In this document: one piece after another, positions 37,191 through 46,060 of the stretch | Numbering within the stretch: position 1 is the first letter of the stretch | Layout: each line of letters starts with the position of its first letter | Virus record (IMG/VR): IMGVR_UViG_3300022893_000001 | Span: 8,925 to 72,924 of that record | Source: a virus | Taxonomy: Duplodnaviria > Caudoviricetes | Reading direction: 5' to 3' (one strand) | Length of the DNA stretch: 64,000 bases | The notes under the pieces: model-generated | The model's database searches: none | What the model was told of the DNA's origin: nothing | What the model saw: only the letters and a program-made list of their open reading frames with translations | Program-made: the position numbers and the translations under genes

Positions 37191-37377
37191 GCGGGTCCGG
37201 GAGGCCATCGCCTGCCTGGACGAGGCTGCTTGGGCCACCCAGATGAACACGCGCGAGCAGCGCAAGCTGCACACCCGCATTCAGGACGCTGGCGACCGGC
37301 TGATCGAGGTGCGCGAGGAACTCCAGGTGCGGATCGCGGCCCGAGAGAACCTCGCGCGTGTGCTTGAGCGGAAGTGA
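37168..37377 (+). CDS. Small coiled-coil protein
   Basis: 69 aa helical ORF ending the operon. Confidence 0.55.
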   Translation: MDDKEILERVREAIACLDEAAWATQMNTREQRKLHTRIQDAGDRLIEVREELQVRIAARENLARVLERK

Positions 37378-37379
37378 GC

Positions 37380-37802
37380 CTACTTAGGCTGCGCTATCGG
37401 AGGTGTCGGAGGCTTGGGACCGCTGGGGCCGGTAGGAGGCTTGCCATCAGCGTCCACTAGAATCCAGCGATACCTGGAATGCTCGGTCCCGACCACGAAG
37501 ACCAACAGCCAGCACTTGCCACTTACACCATCGCCGGGATTGAGCGGAGGCCAGATGGTCCCCGGAGGTGTGGGCGCAGGCGGTATCGGCAGCGTATTGT
37601 CCGGACGATCAGGAATGTGGATCGGGTAGGAGGGATGCCCGCCCGAGGGCAGCGTATTGTCAGGGAGGTTGACGCCTGGGGGCGTGGGAGGCAGCACGAT
37701 GGGATTCGAGGGGCGGTTGATGCCTGGGTGTCCCTGGCCGTAGCCGGGATCGATGGGGTTGCCGCTGGCGTCGACGGGAGTGATGATCGCGAGTTGGCTC
37801 AT
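37380..37802 (-). CDS. Proline-rich repeat protein (PDNTLP repeats) on opposite strand
   Basis: MSQLAIITPVD..PDNTLP x2..IWPP..WLLVFVVG..YRWILVD; ATG at 37802. Confidence 0.7.
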   Translation of the reverse strand: MSQLAIITPVDASGNPIDPGYGQGHPGINRPSNPIVLPPTPPGVNLPDNTLPSGGHPSYPIHIPDRPDNTLPIPPAPTPPGTIWPPLNPGDGVSGKCWLLVFVVGTEHSRYRWILVDADGKPPTGPSGPKPPTPPIAQPK

Positions 37803-37994
37803 GCCGGCATGATACCCCGAAAAACCCAAAAAACACCTTGCGCAAAGGGAATTGCTATTGATAGACTTGACCCGTTCGACGGAAGCGGTTCGGCTGATCA
37901 CTGAACTGTACGAACGATTCTGCTAAGGCCACCGGGGGGTTTCCAAGACCTTCTTTCCGCTCCCCGGAGCCTTGGCAAGAGAAAGAAGGCCACG

Positions 37995-38864
37995 ATGGCG
38001 CGAACCCGTAATATAAAACCGGGGTTCTTCCGAAACGAAGACCTCGCCGAGCTTGGCGCGTATGCCATGCTCCTCTACGCTGGACTCTGGACTATAGCTG
38101 ACCGTGAAGGTCGACTGGAGGACAGACCCAAGCGAATCAAGGTTGACGTGCTTCCTTACTTCGATCAGCCGGTCGATGAGTTGCTTGATTCCCTTGCAAA
38201 GGCGGGGTTTATCATTCGCTACGACGGGTTCATTGCGATCCCCACATGGGCGAAGCATCAGAATCCCCACGTCAAGGAAACACCGAGCATCATACCTGCA
38301 CCAGACGAGAACCGGACTAGCACAGTGCAAGAACCGGACAAGAACAGTTCTAGCCGGGCCTTAACCCTTAACCCTTCTTCCTTAACCCTTAACCCTTCCT
38401 CCCTTCCTGCCGCTGTCGCGGCTGAGTGTGTTCCCTCAAAGATTGTTTTTTCTCCTGATACCGAGAACACTTCAGTTCTAGTAACCCGCTCAAAAGCCCG
38501 TTGGGAAGTCGATGACCAATACGCGGCGTTCGTCTCGACGTGGCGGGAAGCGCAACCCAACTGCCTCCCCAGCGAATTCGAAGCCGCCTATCGGCCCTTC
38601 CTGGCCCTCGCCTTCGAGCAGAGGGTAGCGGCGGTCAGGGGAATCACTCAGCGCCTCAGGACAGGCACCTGGACGCCGGTCAAGTGGCGAATGTGCGGGA
38701 AGCCCGTCGCCTACCTCCAGGAGGAATGGAAGCGCATCATCCCCGATGTAGTCGAGATCCCCCGGAAGCTATCGAAGACAGAAACGCTGATGTCCGAAAT
38801 GTTTGAAGAGGCGGAGGAGGAGGATAGACGTCGTGCACAAGCTAACCGCAGCACAGGCAACTAG
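37995..38864 (+). CDS. Phage replication initiator / replisome organiser
   Basis: MARTRNIKPGFF.NE.L...LLYAGLW..ADREGRLEDRP.RIK. Confidence 0.8.
   Translation: MARTRNIKPGFFRNEDLAELGAYAMLLYAGLWTIADREGRLEDRPKRIKVDVLPYFDQPVDELLDSLAKAGFIIRYDGFIAIPTWAKHQNPHVKETPSIIPAPDENRTSTVQEPDKNSSSRALTLNPSSLTLNPSSLPAAVAAECVPSKIVFSPDTENTSVLVTRSKARWEVDDQYAAFVSTWREAQPNCLPSEFEAAYRPFLALAFEQRVAAVRGITQRLRTGTWTPVKWRMCGKPVAYLQEEWKRIIPDVVEIPRKLSKTETLMSEMFEEAEEEDRRRAQANRSTGN
38359..38408 (+). repeat. Two 21-bp tandem units (four CCTTAAC copies) inside initiator gene; iteron candidate
   Basis: ccttaacccttaacccttctt / ccttaacccttaacccttcct. Confidence 0.8.
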
Positions 38865-39366
38865 ACAGGTCAACCGGCTGAGTGGGCTCCCCCGGTTCGC
38901 CGAACTGGGCAAGCCGGGAATCGCCGAGATGGTCCGGGTACTGTGCGACCGTGCCTCGGACGAGGACCATGCCGAGCGCACGGTGACCCGGTGGATCGAC
39001 ACGAGCAAGTGGCTCCCCAGTTGTGCGGAGCTCGTGGAGGCGCTCGACGCAACGCCCGAGAAAGCCCTGTCGCTCAAGCCGAACTGGGAGTGCGAGCACT
39101 GCCAGGGCAGCGCCTACGAGCGGATCTGGCTCCTGGTGACCTACGTGCGCCATCCGAGCGGGCACCAGAAAGAGTGCGAGGAGAAGGAAATTACGGCCGA
39201 GGTGGCCCAGCAACTGATGAACGAGGTCGACGGGCACTTCCAGAAAGTCTGTAGCGCGGTCAAGTATTGCCGGTGTAAGTTTGGGCAGGAGATCAAGCGG
39301 CTTCGCCTCATCAAGATGGCCGAGAACGAAGACAAAGCGCACCGGGGCAGCAAGAGGGAAAAGTGA
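38833..39366 (+). CDS. Replication-associated protein (helicase loader/inhibitor-like plus Cys cluster)
   Basis: Overlaps initiator 3' end; W.....KWLPSCAEL; CEHC..CRC. Confidence 0.45.
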   Translation: MHKLTAAQATRQVNRLSGLPRFAELGKPGIAEMVRVLCDRASDEDHAERTVTRWIDTSKWLPSCAELVEALDATPEKALSLKPNWECEHCQGSAYERIWLLVTYVRHPSGHQKECEEKEITAEVAQQLMNEVDGHFQKVCSAVKYCRCKFGQEIKRLRLIKMAENEDKAHRGSKREK

Positions 39367-40121
39367 AGGAAGTTCAACTCGCTTTCGATTACTTCACGCT
39401 CGACGCCGAGACGCGAGCTTACGTGCAGGAGCGGGCCGAACGCATCCACAACCTTGCCAGGATGAGCGCCTCAAGTATCGTGCAGATCGGGCAGTACCTG
39501 GGCCAGGTGAAGGAGCGGATCGGTCACGGCAACTTCCTGGGCTGGATCGGGCAGGAGTTCAACTGGTCCGAGCGAAGCGCGCAGCGGTTCATACAGGTAC
39601 ATGGGCAGTTCAAATCCGCCAAATTGGCGGATTTGGAGATCGACTTGAGCGCGCTCTACCTGATCGCCGCGCCATCGATGCCCGAGCCGGTACGTGCCTC
39701 GGTCATGCGCCGTGCCGAGAACGGCGAGCCGGTGACCCGCATGGGTACGCGCGCCCTCGTGCAGCGGTTCGCCGAGACTGGCGAGATGCCCGAGGAAGAC
39801 GTGACGCTCGACGAACTGATTAAAGAGCGGATAGCTTTACGCGCCCCCGCGCCGCCGCCGCGATTGAAGCCCTCGCCGGCCGAGGAAGCCCGCCTCAGGG
39901 AACTCGACAAAATGCGCGCCCAAGCGAAGCTCAACGGTGAGCGCAACTTCAAAATCTTCAGCGTCGTCCACGCTATCGAGGCGTTGAACGGGACTGAATT
40001 TACAGCCAAGGAACTAGCCGGTGAAATCCTGAAGATGGATACGCCCGACAAAGACTGGCGGGGGCAATCGGAAGGTGCGCGGCGAATGCTCGCGGCCATT
40101 TGTCAGGAGTTGAAGAAGTGA
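39363..40121 (+). CDS. DUF3102-domain protein
   Basis: IVQIGQYLGQVKERIGHGNFLGWIGQEFNWSERSAQRFIQV. Confidence 0.8.
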   Translation: MKEVQLAFDYFTLDAETRAYVQERAERIHNLARMSASSIVQIGQYLGQVKERIGHGNFLGWIGQEFNWSERSAQRFIQVHGQFKSAKLADLEIDLSALYLIAAPSMPEPVRASVMRRAENGEPVTRMGTRALVQRFAETGEMPEEDVTLDELIKERIALRAPAPPPRLKPSPAEEARLRELDKMRAQAKLNGERNFKIFSVVHAIEALNGTEFTAKELAGEILKMDTPDKDWRGQSEGARRMLAAICQELKK

Positions 40122-40636
40122 CCACCAACCGCACATACACGATGATTGAACTCGTCGAGGAGGCTCTCGACTCTACAGGGAGTGCCAAGACGGTAGAAGT
40201 CCGGAGGTGGATGCAGTTGAATCGGCGCGTCAGTCTCGATGAGCATTTCTGCCTCATCGAGGCCGAGGGACTGGACGCCATGATCCGCCGCTACCGCAAG
40301 TCGCGTGACCGCACACCGGAGGAGGAAGCTGATGGCTTCAGCCTCTGCTTCGATTTCGGTTTGGAACAGATCGAGCTTCCTTCGGAAATCTCCGTGCCGG
40401 TTGACATGAACAACGTCGCGTACGGATCTTGCGATTGGCCTCTGCTCGAAGAAGCCACGCTTGACGATCTCGACAAACACATGGTCCTGCTCCACGTACA
40501 GCAGATTCAACTGGGTGTCAGCCGCGAGAACATACTGAGGCTGCGCCAAGCGGCCGCTTCTATCGTGCCGGGACGCACCGACATTCCCTTGCGCGTGCTG
40601 CGGGAGATTGCCCGAGGCGAGAGGCAATCTCCCTAG
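40118..40636 (+). CDS. Hypothetical protein
   Basis: AGGAG SD; GTGA overlap with previous stop. Confidence 0.6.
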   Translation: MTTNRTYTMIELVEEALDSTGSAKTVEVRRWMQLNRRVSLDEHFCLIEAEGLDAMIRRYRKSRDRTPEEEADGFSLCFDFGLEQIELPSEISVPVDMNNVAYGSCDWPLLEEATLDDLDKHMVLLHVQQIQLGVSRENILRLRQAAASIVPGRTDIPLRVLREIARGERQSP

Positions 40637-40640
40637 CGGT

Positions 40641-41036
40641 TTACTGGACGTCGCCGAAGGTGATGATGACCTCCCCGTTGTTGCGAACGGTGAGCGCCGT
40701 GCCATCCGGCCAGGTGAAACAGCCGAACTGGAGGCCGGCTCCCTTCATCGTCTCCGTCGTCTCGCGCAACTGATCGAGCACCTCGCGGAGCGGGCCCATG
40801 TTGCCGGCCACGGTGAGCGCCGTCGCTGCCTTGGCCGCTTTGTTCTCGTGTTTCGGGCTCAGTCTGATGCTCAACTCCTCGTCTGCCCACTTTGAAAGCC
40901 GCTTGGCGGCGGCTTTGATCGGATCGGCGGATTTGGCATCAGCGGCGGCTTCCCGCTTCTCTCTTTGCTGGCGCGCGTACCAGTCGCGCGAGTACTGCCG
41001 CGCTTTCTCTTTCTGTGCTTCCGTTTTCTTTGCCAT
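40641..41036 (-). CDS. Hypothetical protein, basic N-terminus
   Basis: ATG 41036 after AGGAG; MAKKTEAQKEKAR... Confidence 0.6.
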   Translation of the reverse strand: MAKKTEAQKEKARQYSRDWYARQQREKREAAADAKSADPIKAAAKRLSKWADEELSIRLSPKHENKAAKAATALTVAGNMGPLREVLDQLRETTETMKGAGLQFGCFTWPDGTALTVRNNGEVIITFGDVQ

Positions 41037-41137
41037 ATACTGGGGTTCTCCTGTCAGTAGTGTTCGGTTTGGTTCTGTTGATGCAGGCACCTGAGGAGCG
41101 GAGTTCTTGGAGGACTTCCGCCCCTCAGGGGCTCTCA

Positions 41138-41461
41138 TCAGAGCTTGCGATACTCCTCGCGATGGAACTCGCACAGCAAGAACGGGCAGTCGTTGATCCC
41201 GTCGTAGTCGACGGCCCGCACCTTCCCTGAGCACTTGGGCCCCGGCATCCGGCAAGCGTCCTGCGGGCCCCACGAGTCGTGGCCGGTCCAATCCCTGTCA
41301 TCGCCCGGCGGGACCAGCCGCTCGAAGATCTGCTCGCGGATTGCTTGCTCGATCTCGACCGGCTTGACCTCGGCGATCTTGGCGATCTCCTTGATCGAGC
41401 GCCCCGAGAGGAACTCGACCCACATGGCGCGCGGCTCTCTGAGCATCACAGGGGGATCCAT
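41138..41461 (-). CDS. Hypothetical protein with HTH-like and Cys/His motifs
   Basis: GRSIKEIAKIAEVKPVEIEQAIR; C-x4-C..C..H. Confidence 0.5.
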   Translation of the reverse strand: MDPPVMLREPRAMWVEFLSGRSIKEIAKIAEVKPVEIEQAIREQIFERLVPPGDDRDWTGHDSWGPQDACRMPGPKCSGKVRAVDYDGINDCPFLLCEFHREEYRKL

Positions 41462-42084
41462 TTCTCGAACCGCGCCATCGCCCGTTCGAGCGCCTGGAGG
41501 CCCCCCGGCTCCTCCCTCGCCACCGCTTCGAGAGCCGGGAGCCCGCCGTCAATCGAGGCGATCACCTCGGAGCGCGTGGCCTCCCGTCCCTCGCAGTACC
41601 ACTCGACGAATTCGGGCTCGCCCATCTGGAGGAGCGGCCCGGTTTCGCTCCGGAAGATCTCGTAGTGGCGGGTCACCCAGAGCATGGCGACGCCGGGATT
41701 GCGCGTGAGAGCCAGGCCCGGCGCGTTCTCCACCAGTTGGGCGTTGTTCATCCGCTCGTCCTCGCGGCGCACCATCCGCGGATTCGAGAGGAACGGGCAG
41801 TTCTTGGCAGACCAGGTCGCGCACTCCTGGTGCGACGGGGGCTCGGACGACGTCCGGTTGACGCCGCACATGGGCCCGGCGACGAAGACCTTGTAGACGC
41901 CAAGCGGCTCGCCGCAGACCCAGCACAGCCGGCGCTTGACGGCGGCGGTGAACTTCTTGGGATCCATCGCGCGGAACTCGGGCAGACCGTCCACGTAGGC
42001 GACGAACCAGGGAATGGGAACGCCACGGTCAGTGAGCTTCAGGGAGCGCATACGCTCGGGGAGGGTTTCGAGGTTGATGGTCAT
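41446..42084 (-). CDS. Conserved-looking Cys-rich phage protein
   Basis: G.PIPWFV...EFR...LCWVCG...GPMC..NR.SSEPPSH.EC...CPFL. Confidence 0.7.
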   Translation of the reverse strand: MTINLETLPERMRSLKLTDRGVPIPWFVAYVDGLPEFRAMDPKKFTAAVKRRLCWVCGEPLGVYKVFVAGPMCGVNRTSSEPPSHQECATWSAKNCPFLSNPRMVRREDERMNNAQLVENAPGLALTRNPGVAMLWVTRHYEIFRSETGPLLQMGEPEFVEWYCEGREATRSEVIASIDGGLPALEAVAREEPGGLQALERAMARFEKWIPL

Positions 42085-42887
42085 AGTTTGATTGCATCGC
42101 ACGCCGGATTGGCGAGGTCTACGGTCGAATGGAGGTAGCGGTTGGTGACCGCCACCGAGGAATGCCCCAAGGTCAACTGGATCTGGGTCAGGTCTGCTTT
42201 GCCCTTCATGGCGAGCCGGGCGAACGTCCTCCGCAGATCGTGCGGAGCCAGTTGCGGCACGCCGATCCGCTTGCCGGCGGCTTTCACCACCGCGTGAATG
42301 TGGTCCGGTGTCAGCCCCTCGTCAGCCGCCCGGCCGCGCCAGACCCGCCGGATCACCGGGCCCGTGGAGATGCCCGCCGCCTCGATCCAGCAATTTAACG
42401 GCAGGATGGCCCAGGACGGCACGGGGACCGTCCGGACCCGCCGGCCCTTGCCAACCAGGTCCAGAAGCACCAGACGCCCGTCCAGGCTCTGCAAGTGGGC
42501 AAATTTCAGGTCTGAGAGCTCTGAGCGGCGGAGGGCGCAGCCGGCGAGCAGCGCCAGGAGACAGCGGTCGCGGGTCTGAACCAGGTCTTCGCCGCCTGGC
42601 GCGAGGAGATCGGACACCTGTTCGAGCGAGAGCCAGGTTCCCATCCGCACGCCGCGTACCGGGATCGCCTTCATGTACTGGATGGCGGGATCGGCCCCCT
42701 CGGCCCGCGCCTTGAATTTGAGCGCGCTGAGTTTGACGTTGCAGGTTGACGGCGCGGCCCCCTGGTCCCGGTAGGCGGCGATGTAGGACTGGATGCCGGC
42801 GACAGTCAGTTCGCCATCGAAGTCGCGGTAGACCGCCGCGTAGCGGGCCCGCGAGTGCGGACTGTTGAGCGTTTCGAGGTTGGTCAT
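42081..42887 (-). CDS. Tyrosine recombinase (XerC/D-like, no arm-binding domain)
   Basis: LRRSEL; GKGRRVR; HDLRRTFA; LGHSS; YL catalytic set (R-K-H-R-H-Y). Confidence 0.93.
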   Translation of the reverse strand: MTNLETLNSPHSRARYAAVYRDFDGELTVAGIQSYIAAYRDQGAAPSTCNVKLSALKFKARAEGADPAIQYMKAIPVRGVRMGTWLSLEQVSDLLAPGGEDLVQTRDRCLLALLAGCALRRSELSDLKFAHLQSLDGRLVLLDLVGKGRRVRTVPVPSWAILPLNCWIEAAGISTGPVIRRVWRGRAADEGLTPDHIHAVVKAAGKRIGVPQLAPHDLRRTFARLAMKGKADLTQIQLTLGHSSVAVTNRYLHSTVDLANPACDAIKL

Positions 42888-43087
42888 CGCGGCATCCTTG
42901 CGAGCCGGTCGAGTTCGGCGTCGACGCCCCGTTGCAACTCGGGATCTTTCATCGCGTTCCGGTACGTCATCGCCCCGGCGATGAACGTGCCATGCAGCAC
43001 GGCGAAGGCAACCGGAATTTTCGGCATGGGATGGCCTTCGAGGATCTGGTCGATCCAGGCGTTAAACTTCTCGCGCAGGTAGGTCAT
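42884..43087 (-). CDS. Hypothetical protein
   Basis: ATGA-coupled to recombinase gene. Confidence 0.6.
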   Translation of the reverse strand: MTYLREKFNAWIDQILEGHPMPKIPVAFAVLHGTFIAGAMTYRNAMKDPELQRGVDAELDRLARMPR

Positions 43088-43244
43088 CGCTTCTCCCCTC
43101 CTTCTGCCGGATCAGATCGTTGGCGAGGGCCATGCTCTTTGCGACAAGCCCAGGCTTGCCATCCCTCGAAGCGGCTCCGCCCCCCAGTCCCAGGAGGAAC
43201 ACGAGCATCTGAAAATCGCCTTCGGACAACTCGAACCGGATCAT
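43062..43244 (-). CDS. Hypothetical protein
   Basis: 60 aa, overlaps neighbours in operon. Confidence 0.5.
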   Translation of the reverse strand: MIRFELSEGDFQMLVFLLGLGGGAASRDGKPGLVAKSMALANDLIRQKEGRSDDLPAREV

Positions 43245-43557
43245 TGGGGCGGCTCCTGTGCTTTCGCTTTCGCTTTTCGCGCCGAGGCAATAATGGCCTC
43301 TTCGACGGCTACCCTCTGCGCCCTTTGAATGTAGGCGAGAAACCCATCAATCTCGGCATCGATTAGCTGCCTCACCTGGCCGCTCGGATACTGGACAGCT
43401 TCGCGGTAGACCCGCGCCCCGGCAAAGAAGGTCGTGCGCAGCAGATCGAGCGTGAGCCGGTCCCGACCGTGCCGCTCGCCGCATCCGGCGCTTGTCCGTG
43501 GAACACATGATCGAGGTACTGCAGGAAGGATCTTTCCAGAGGGTTTTCTATCTTCAT
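43241..43557 (-). pseudogene. Frameshifted gene (MKIENPLERSF...D / ERHGRDRLTLDLLRTTFFAGARVY...)
   Basis: Two halves in different frames joined near 43480; each end has an ATGA overlap with its neighbour. Confidence 0.65.
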
Positions 43558-43742
43558 CGCTTGGACTCCAGGCGCACCCACATGCTCAGAATCAGCCGGG
43601 CTAGGATCTGTTCGGCCCGGTTGAGTTCCTCGGTCAGCCAGTAGTGGCCGCGCGGAGTCACGATCTCGACGTGGCCGTTCTCGAGAGCGGTAGCCGCAAA
43701 AGCGGGCATACGTGTTTCGTCAGGAATGCTAAGTACTATCAA
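43554..43742 (-). CDS. Hypothetical protein
   Basis: GAGGTG SD; first gene left of AT-rich divergent spacer. Confidence 0.55.
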   Translation of the reverse strand: MIVLSIPDETRMPAFAATALENGHVEIVTPRGHYWLTEELNRAEQILARLILSMWVRLESKR

Positions 43743-43809
43743 CGTTTCACCTCAAAGTAAATATACCAATAATTTTGATGGCATAATATAGTTTACGAAG
43801 AATCACTCT
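43743..43809. promoter_or_regulatory. AT-rich divergent promoter region
   Basis: Extended -10 TGgCATAAT at 43779-43787; divergent flanking genes. Confidence 0.55.
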
Positions 43810-44124
43810 ATGCCACGAAAACGAAAGAAGCGCGTCCTGTCGCCAGCGCCCACCACTACCACTACCACCAAACCCAAACGCAAGAAGCACGTCCCCTCGC
43901 TCCAAGTCATGATGAAAGTGCTCAACCAGAAGGAGCTCGAATCGTTGCGCGAGAAAGCCACCCGGTATTCCATGTCGATGTCGGACTACCTGCGTGAGCG
44001 GGCCGGCTTCGACGCGGTGCGCCGGCCCATTGGACGCCCGGCGCGCAAGTTCCCCTGCCCGGTGTGCGCCGTAGTAGTCACCCAGACCGAATACCCCAAG
44101 CACATGAAGGAAGCCCATGCCTGA
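43810..44124 (+). CDS. Ribbon-helix-helix-like protein with C-terminal C2H2 zinc finger
   Basis: ELESLREKATRYSMSMSDYLRERA; CPVC-x11-HMKEAH. Confidence 0.6.
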   Translation: MPRKRKKRVLSPAPTTTTTTKPKRKKHVPSLQVMMKVLNQKELESLREKATRYSMSMSDYLRERAGFDAVRRPIGRPARKFPCPVCAVVVTQTEYPKHMKEAHA

Positions 44125-44353
44125 GCCCATCGACGACATGTATGCCAAACTCCAGACGCAACGCGGGCTCATGAAAGCCATGCTCAAGCACGTTGGCGAG
44201 CCGGGGTTTTGCAAGGGCTGCGGGCAGGAGATCGCCTGGGTCTTCCATCGCGACACCAGCAAGAACACGCCCTACGATCTCGATGGCACGAACCACTTCA
44301 TCACCTGTCCCAAGGCGAAGGACTTCCGGCAGAAGAAGGCCGGCGGCGAATGA
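44117..44353 (+). CDS. Small zinc-binding protein
   Basis: CKGCG.EI.W...DGTNHF.TCP. Confidence 0.65.
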   Translation: MPEPIDDMYAKLQTQRGLMKAMLKHVGEPGFCKGCGQEIAWVFHRDTSKNTPYDLDGTNHFITCPKAKDFRQKKAGGE

Positions 44354-44577
44354 GGAAGAAACTCAGCGATCACGAGCGCGACGTGGTGCGCGAAGCCATG
44401 CTGCACCTCGACCAGTCCGAGGAAGAGGTGATTCGCCTGGCGCTGCGGTTAGCCATCCGTGAGTACGAGAAGGAAGCGACCGTCTGCCAGAACTTCCCGC
44501 GCCTGAGCGAGCAGTTCGACCGCCAGCGCCGGGACTGCCAGCGGCTGCTTGCCAAGTTCGGGGAGCCCACCCAATGA
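44350..44577 (+). CDS. Hypothetical helical protein
   Basis: ATGA overlaps at both ends. Confidence 0.55.
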   Translation: MRKKLSDHERDVVREAMLHLDQSEEEVIRLALRLAIREYEKEATVCQNFPRLSEQFDRQRRDCQRLLAKFGEPTQ

Positions 44578-44780
44578 ACCTTCCCAGGATCGCAACCGAT
44601 CCGACGATGTCGTCGAACAAGCTCTACTTCATGCCGCAAGACGTGGTGGCGGCGCTGGGCCGGCTCTACCTCAAGTTGTACTGGGGCGAGATCACCCAGA
44701 GCGAATACGACGAGAAGGCCCAGGTCATTGTCGACGGGGCCAGTACCCGCATCGGCGTCATTCGAAATATCGGAGGATAA
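44574..44780 (+). CDS. Hypothetical protein
   Basis: ATGA overlap. Confidence 0.55.
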   Translation: MNLPRIATDPTMSSNKLYFMPQDVVAALGRLYLKLYWGEITQSEYDEKAQVIVDGASTRIGVIRNIGG

Positions 44781-44783
44781 TAA

Positions 44784-45713
44784 ATGCTGGCCGTTCTGCA
44801 ATCGGGGAACTCCCCCGGCGAGGGGCTGCAGCCCCAGAGAGACTCGTCAGAACAAGACGAAAACAGCACTCTGCCTTTGGCAGATAATCCTGGTTCAAGT
44901 CCAGGCGGCCAGCTTAAAATCGCCGTGCTCGCCACTTCGAGCGCCGGCAACTCGACCTTCGTAAGCGATGGAACAAGCCGTCTGTTAGTCGACTGCGGGC
45001 TGTCGCTGCTCGACACCGCTACGCGCCTGGCGGCAATCGGCGAGTCGGTCGATGCCATCGACGCCGTGCTCCTGACGCATCCGCATATCGATCACTGCGC
45101 CGGCCTGGGGACGCTCATCCGGCGCTGGCGTCGCGGCGGTCGCCTCGTGCCGATCTTCTGCTCGTGGGAAACCAACCTGGCGCTCGGCACGGTGATCCCG
45201 GCGTTCTGGTTCCAGCCGATCCATCAGAATTCCCGCTGGCAGGTAGGCGAGATCTCCTGCGAGAGCTTCCCTATCGAGCACGATACGGCCGAGCCGCTCG
45301 GCTTCGCCGTCCAACTGGGCAAGATGCGCGCCGCGTTCGCGCTCGACCTGGGCAAGATCGATGAGGCGCTCGGCGAGTACCTGGCCGATTCGGACTTGGT
45401 GTTCCTCGAAGCCAATCACGATCCCGACATGCTCCGCGTCGGGCCGTATGCCTACACCCTGAAGACGAGGATCGCCCAGACGCACCTGTCCAACGAAGCC
45501 GCCTGTGAGTGGATCGGGGAGCACATGACGCACCGGACCCGGCATCTGCTGCTCGGCCATCTGTCCGAGACGACGAATGACCCGGAACTGGTGCGCCTGA
45601 TGGCGCGGCGGGAACTGGATCGCCTAGAGCTCTCCGCCGCGCTCGACGTTATTTCGCCGGGATCTTCGTCTGGACCGTGGCTGCTGCCGCTGGAGCGGGC
45701 TCGGCAGACATAG
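44784..45713 (+). CDS. Metallo-beta-lactamase-fold hydrolase (YycJ/WalJ-like nuclease)
   Basis: SSAGNS; VDCG; THPHIDH; HD; LEANHD; HLSN; GHLS. Confidence 0.88.
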   Translation: MLAVLQSGNSPGEGLQPQRDSSEQDENSTLPLADNPGSSPGGQLKIAVLATSSAGNSTFVSDGTSRLLVDCGLSLLDTATRLAAIGESVDAIDAVLLTHPHIDHCAGLGTLIRRWRRGGRLVPIFCSWETNLALGTVIPAFWFQPIHQNSRWQVGEISCESFPIEHDTAEPLGFAVQLGKMRAAFALDLGKIDEALGEYLADSDLVFLEANHDPDMLRVGPYAYTLKTRIAQTHLSNEAACEWIGEHMTHRTRHLLLGHLSETTNDPELVRLMARRELDRLELSAALDVISPGSSSGPWLLPLERARQT

Positions 45714-45957
45714 CCGCCGCCCCGCTGGGCGCTGCGCCGTCGACGACAGTCGCGGTGTAGTAGCCGCCCATGACGAACGTGTCGGAGGCAATGGGGAGGG
45801 TAACTGAGAAGGACGCTCGCGGCGAGAAGCCGGGCGCGGCGGAGACTTCCTGGAGGTTGATACTGACGGCATCAGTGGCCGGCGCTTCGCCCGTGGCGGG
45901 GATCGACGCGAGGTTCTTATTCTGGCAGCGGAAGCTGATCGTGAGGGACGTAGCCAT
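45649..45957 (-). CDS. Hypothetical protein
   Basis: 102 aa beta-rich; convergent overlap with MBL gene. Confidence 0.5.
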   Translation of the reverse strand: MATSLTISFRCQNKNLASIPATGEAPATDAVSINLQEVSAAPGFSPRASFSVTLPIASDTFVMGGYYTATVVDGAAPSGAAAMSAEPAPAAAATVQTKIPAK

Positions 45958-46060
45958 GCGGTCTATCGTGTCACAGTCACAAAGTAAATAATCGCCAGCG
46001 AGACGATCCAGTAGAACGCCATCGCGCCCCAGATGAGCAGCCGCTTGAACGTCTCACGCT

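Noticed and set aside
44784-44960. Apparent duplication of the MBL N-terminal motif (AVLQSGNS versus AVLATSSAGNS)
   Set aside because: Too short to distinguish from chance; mainly indicates an uncertain start codon
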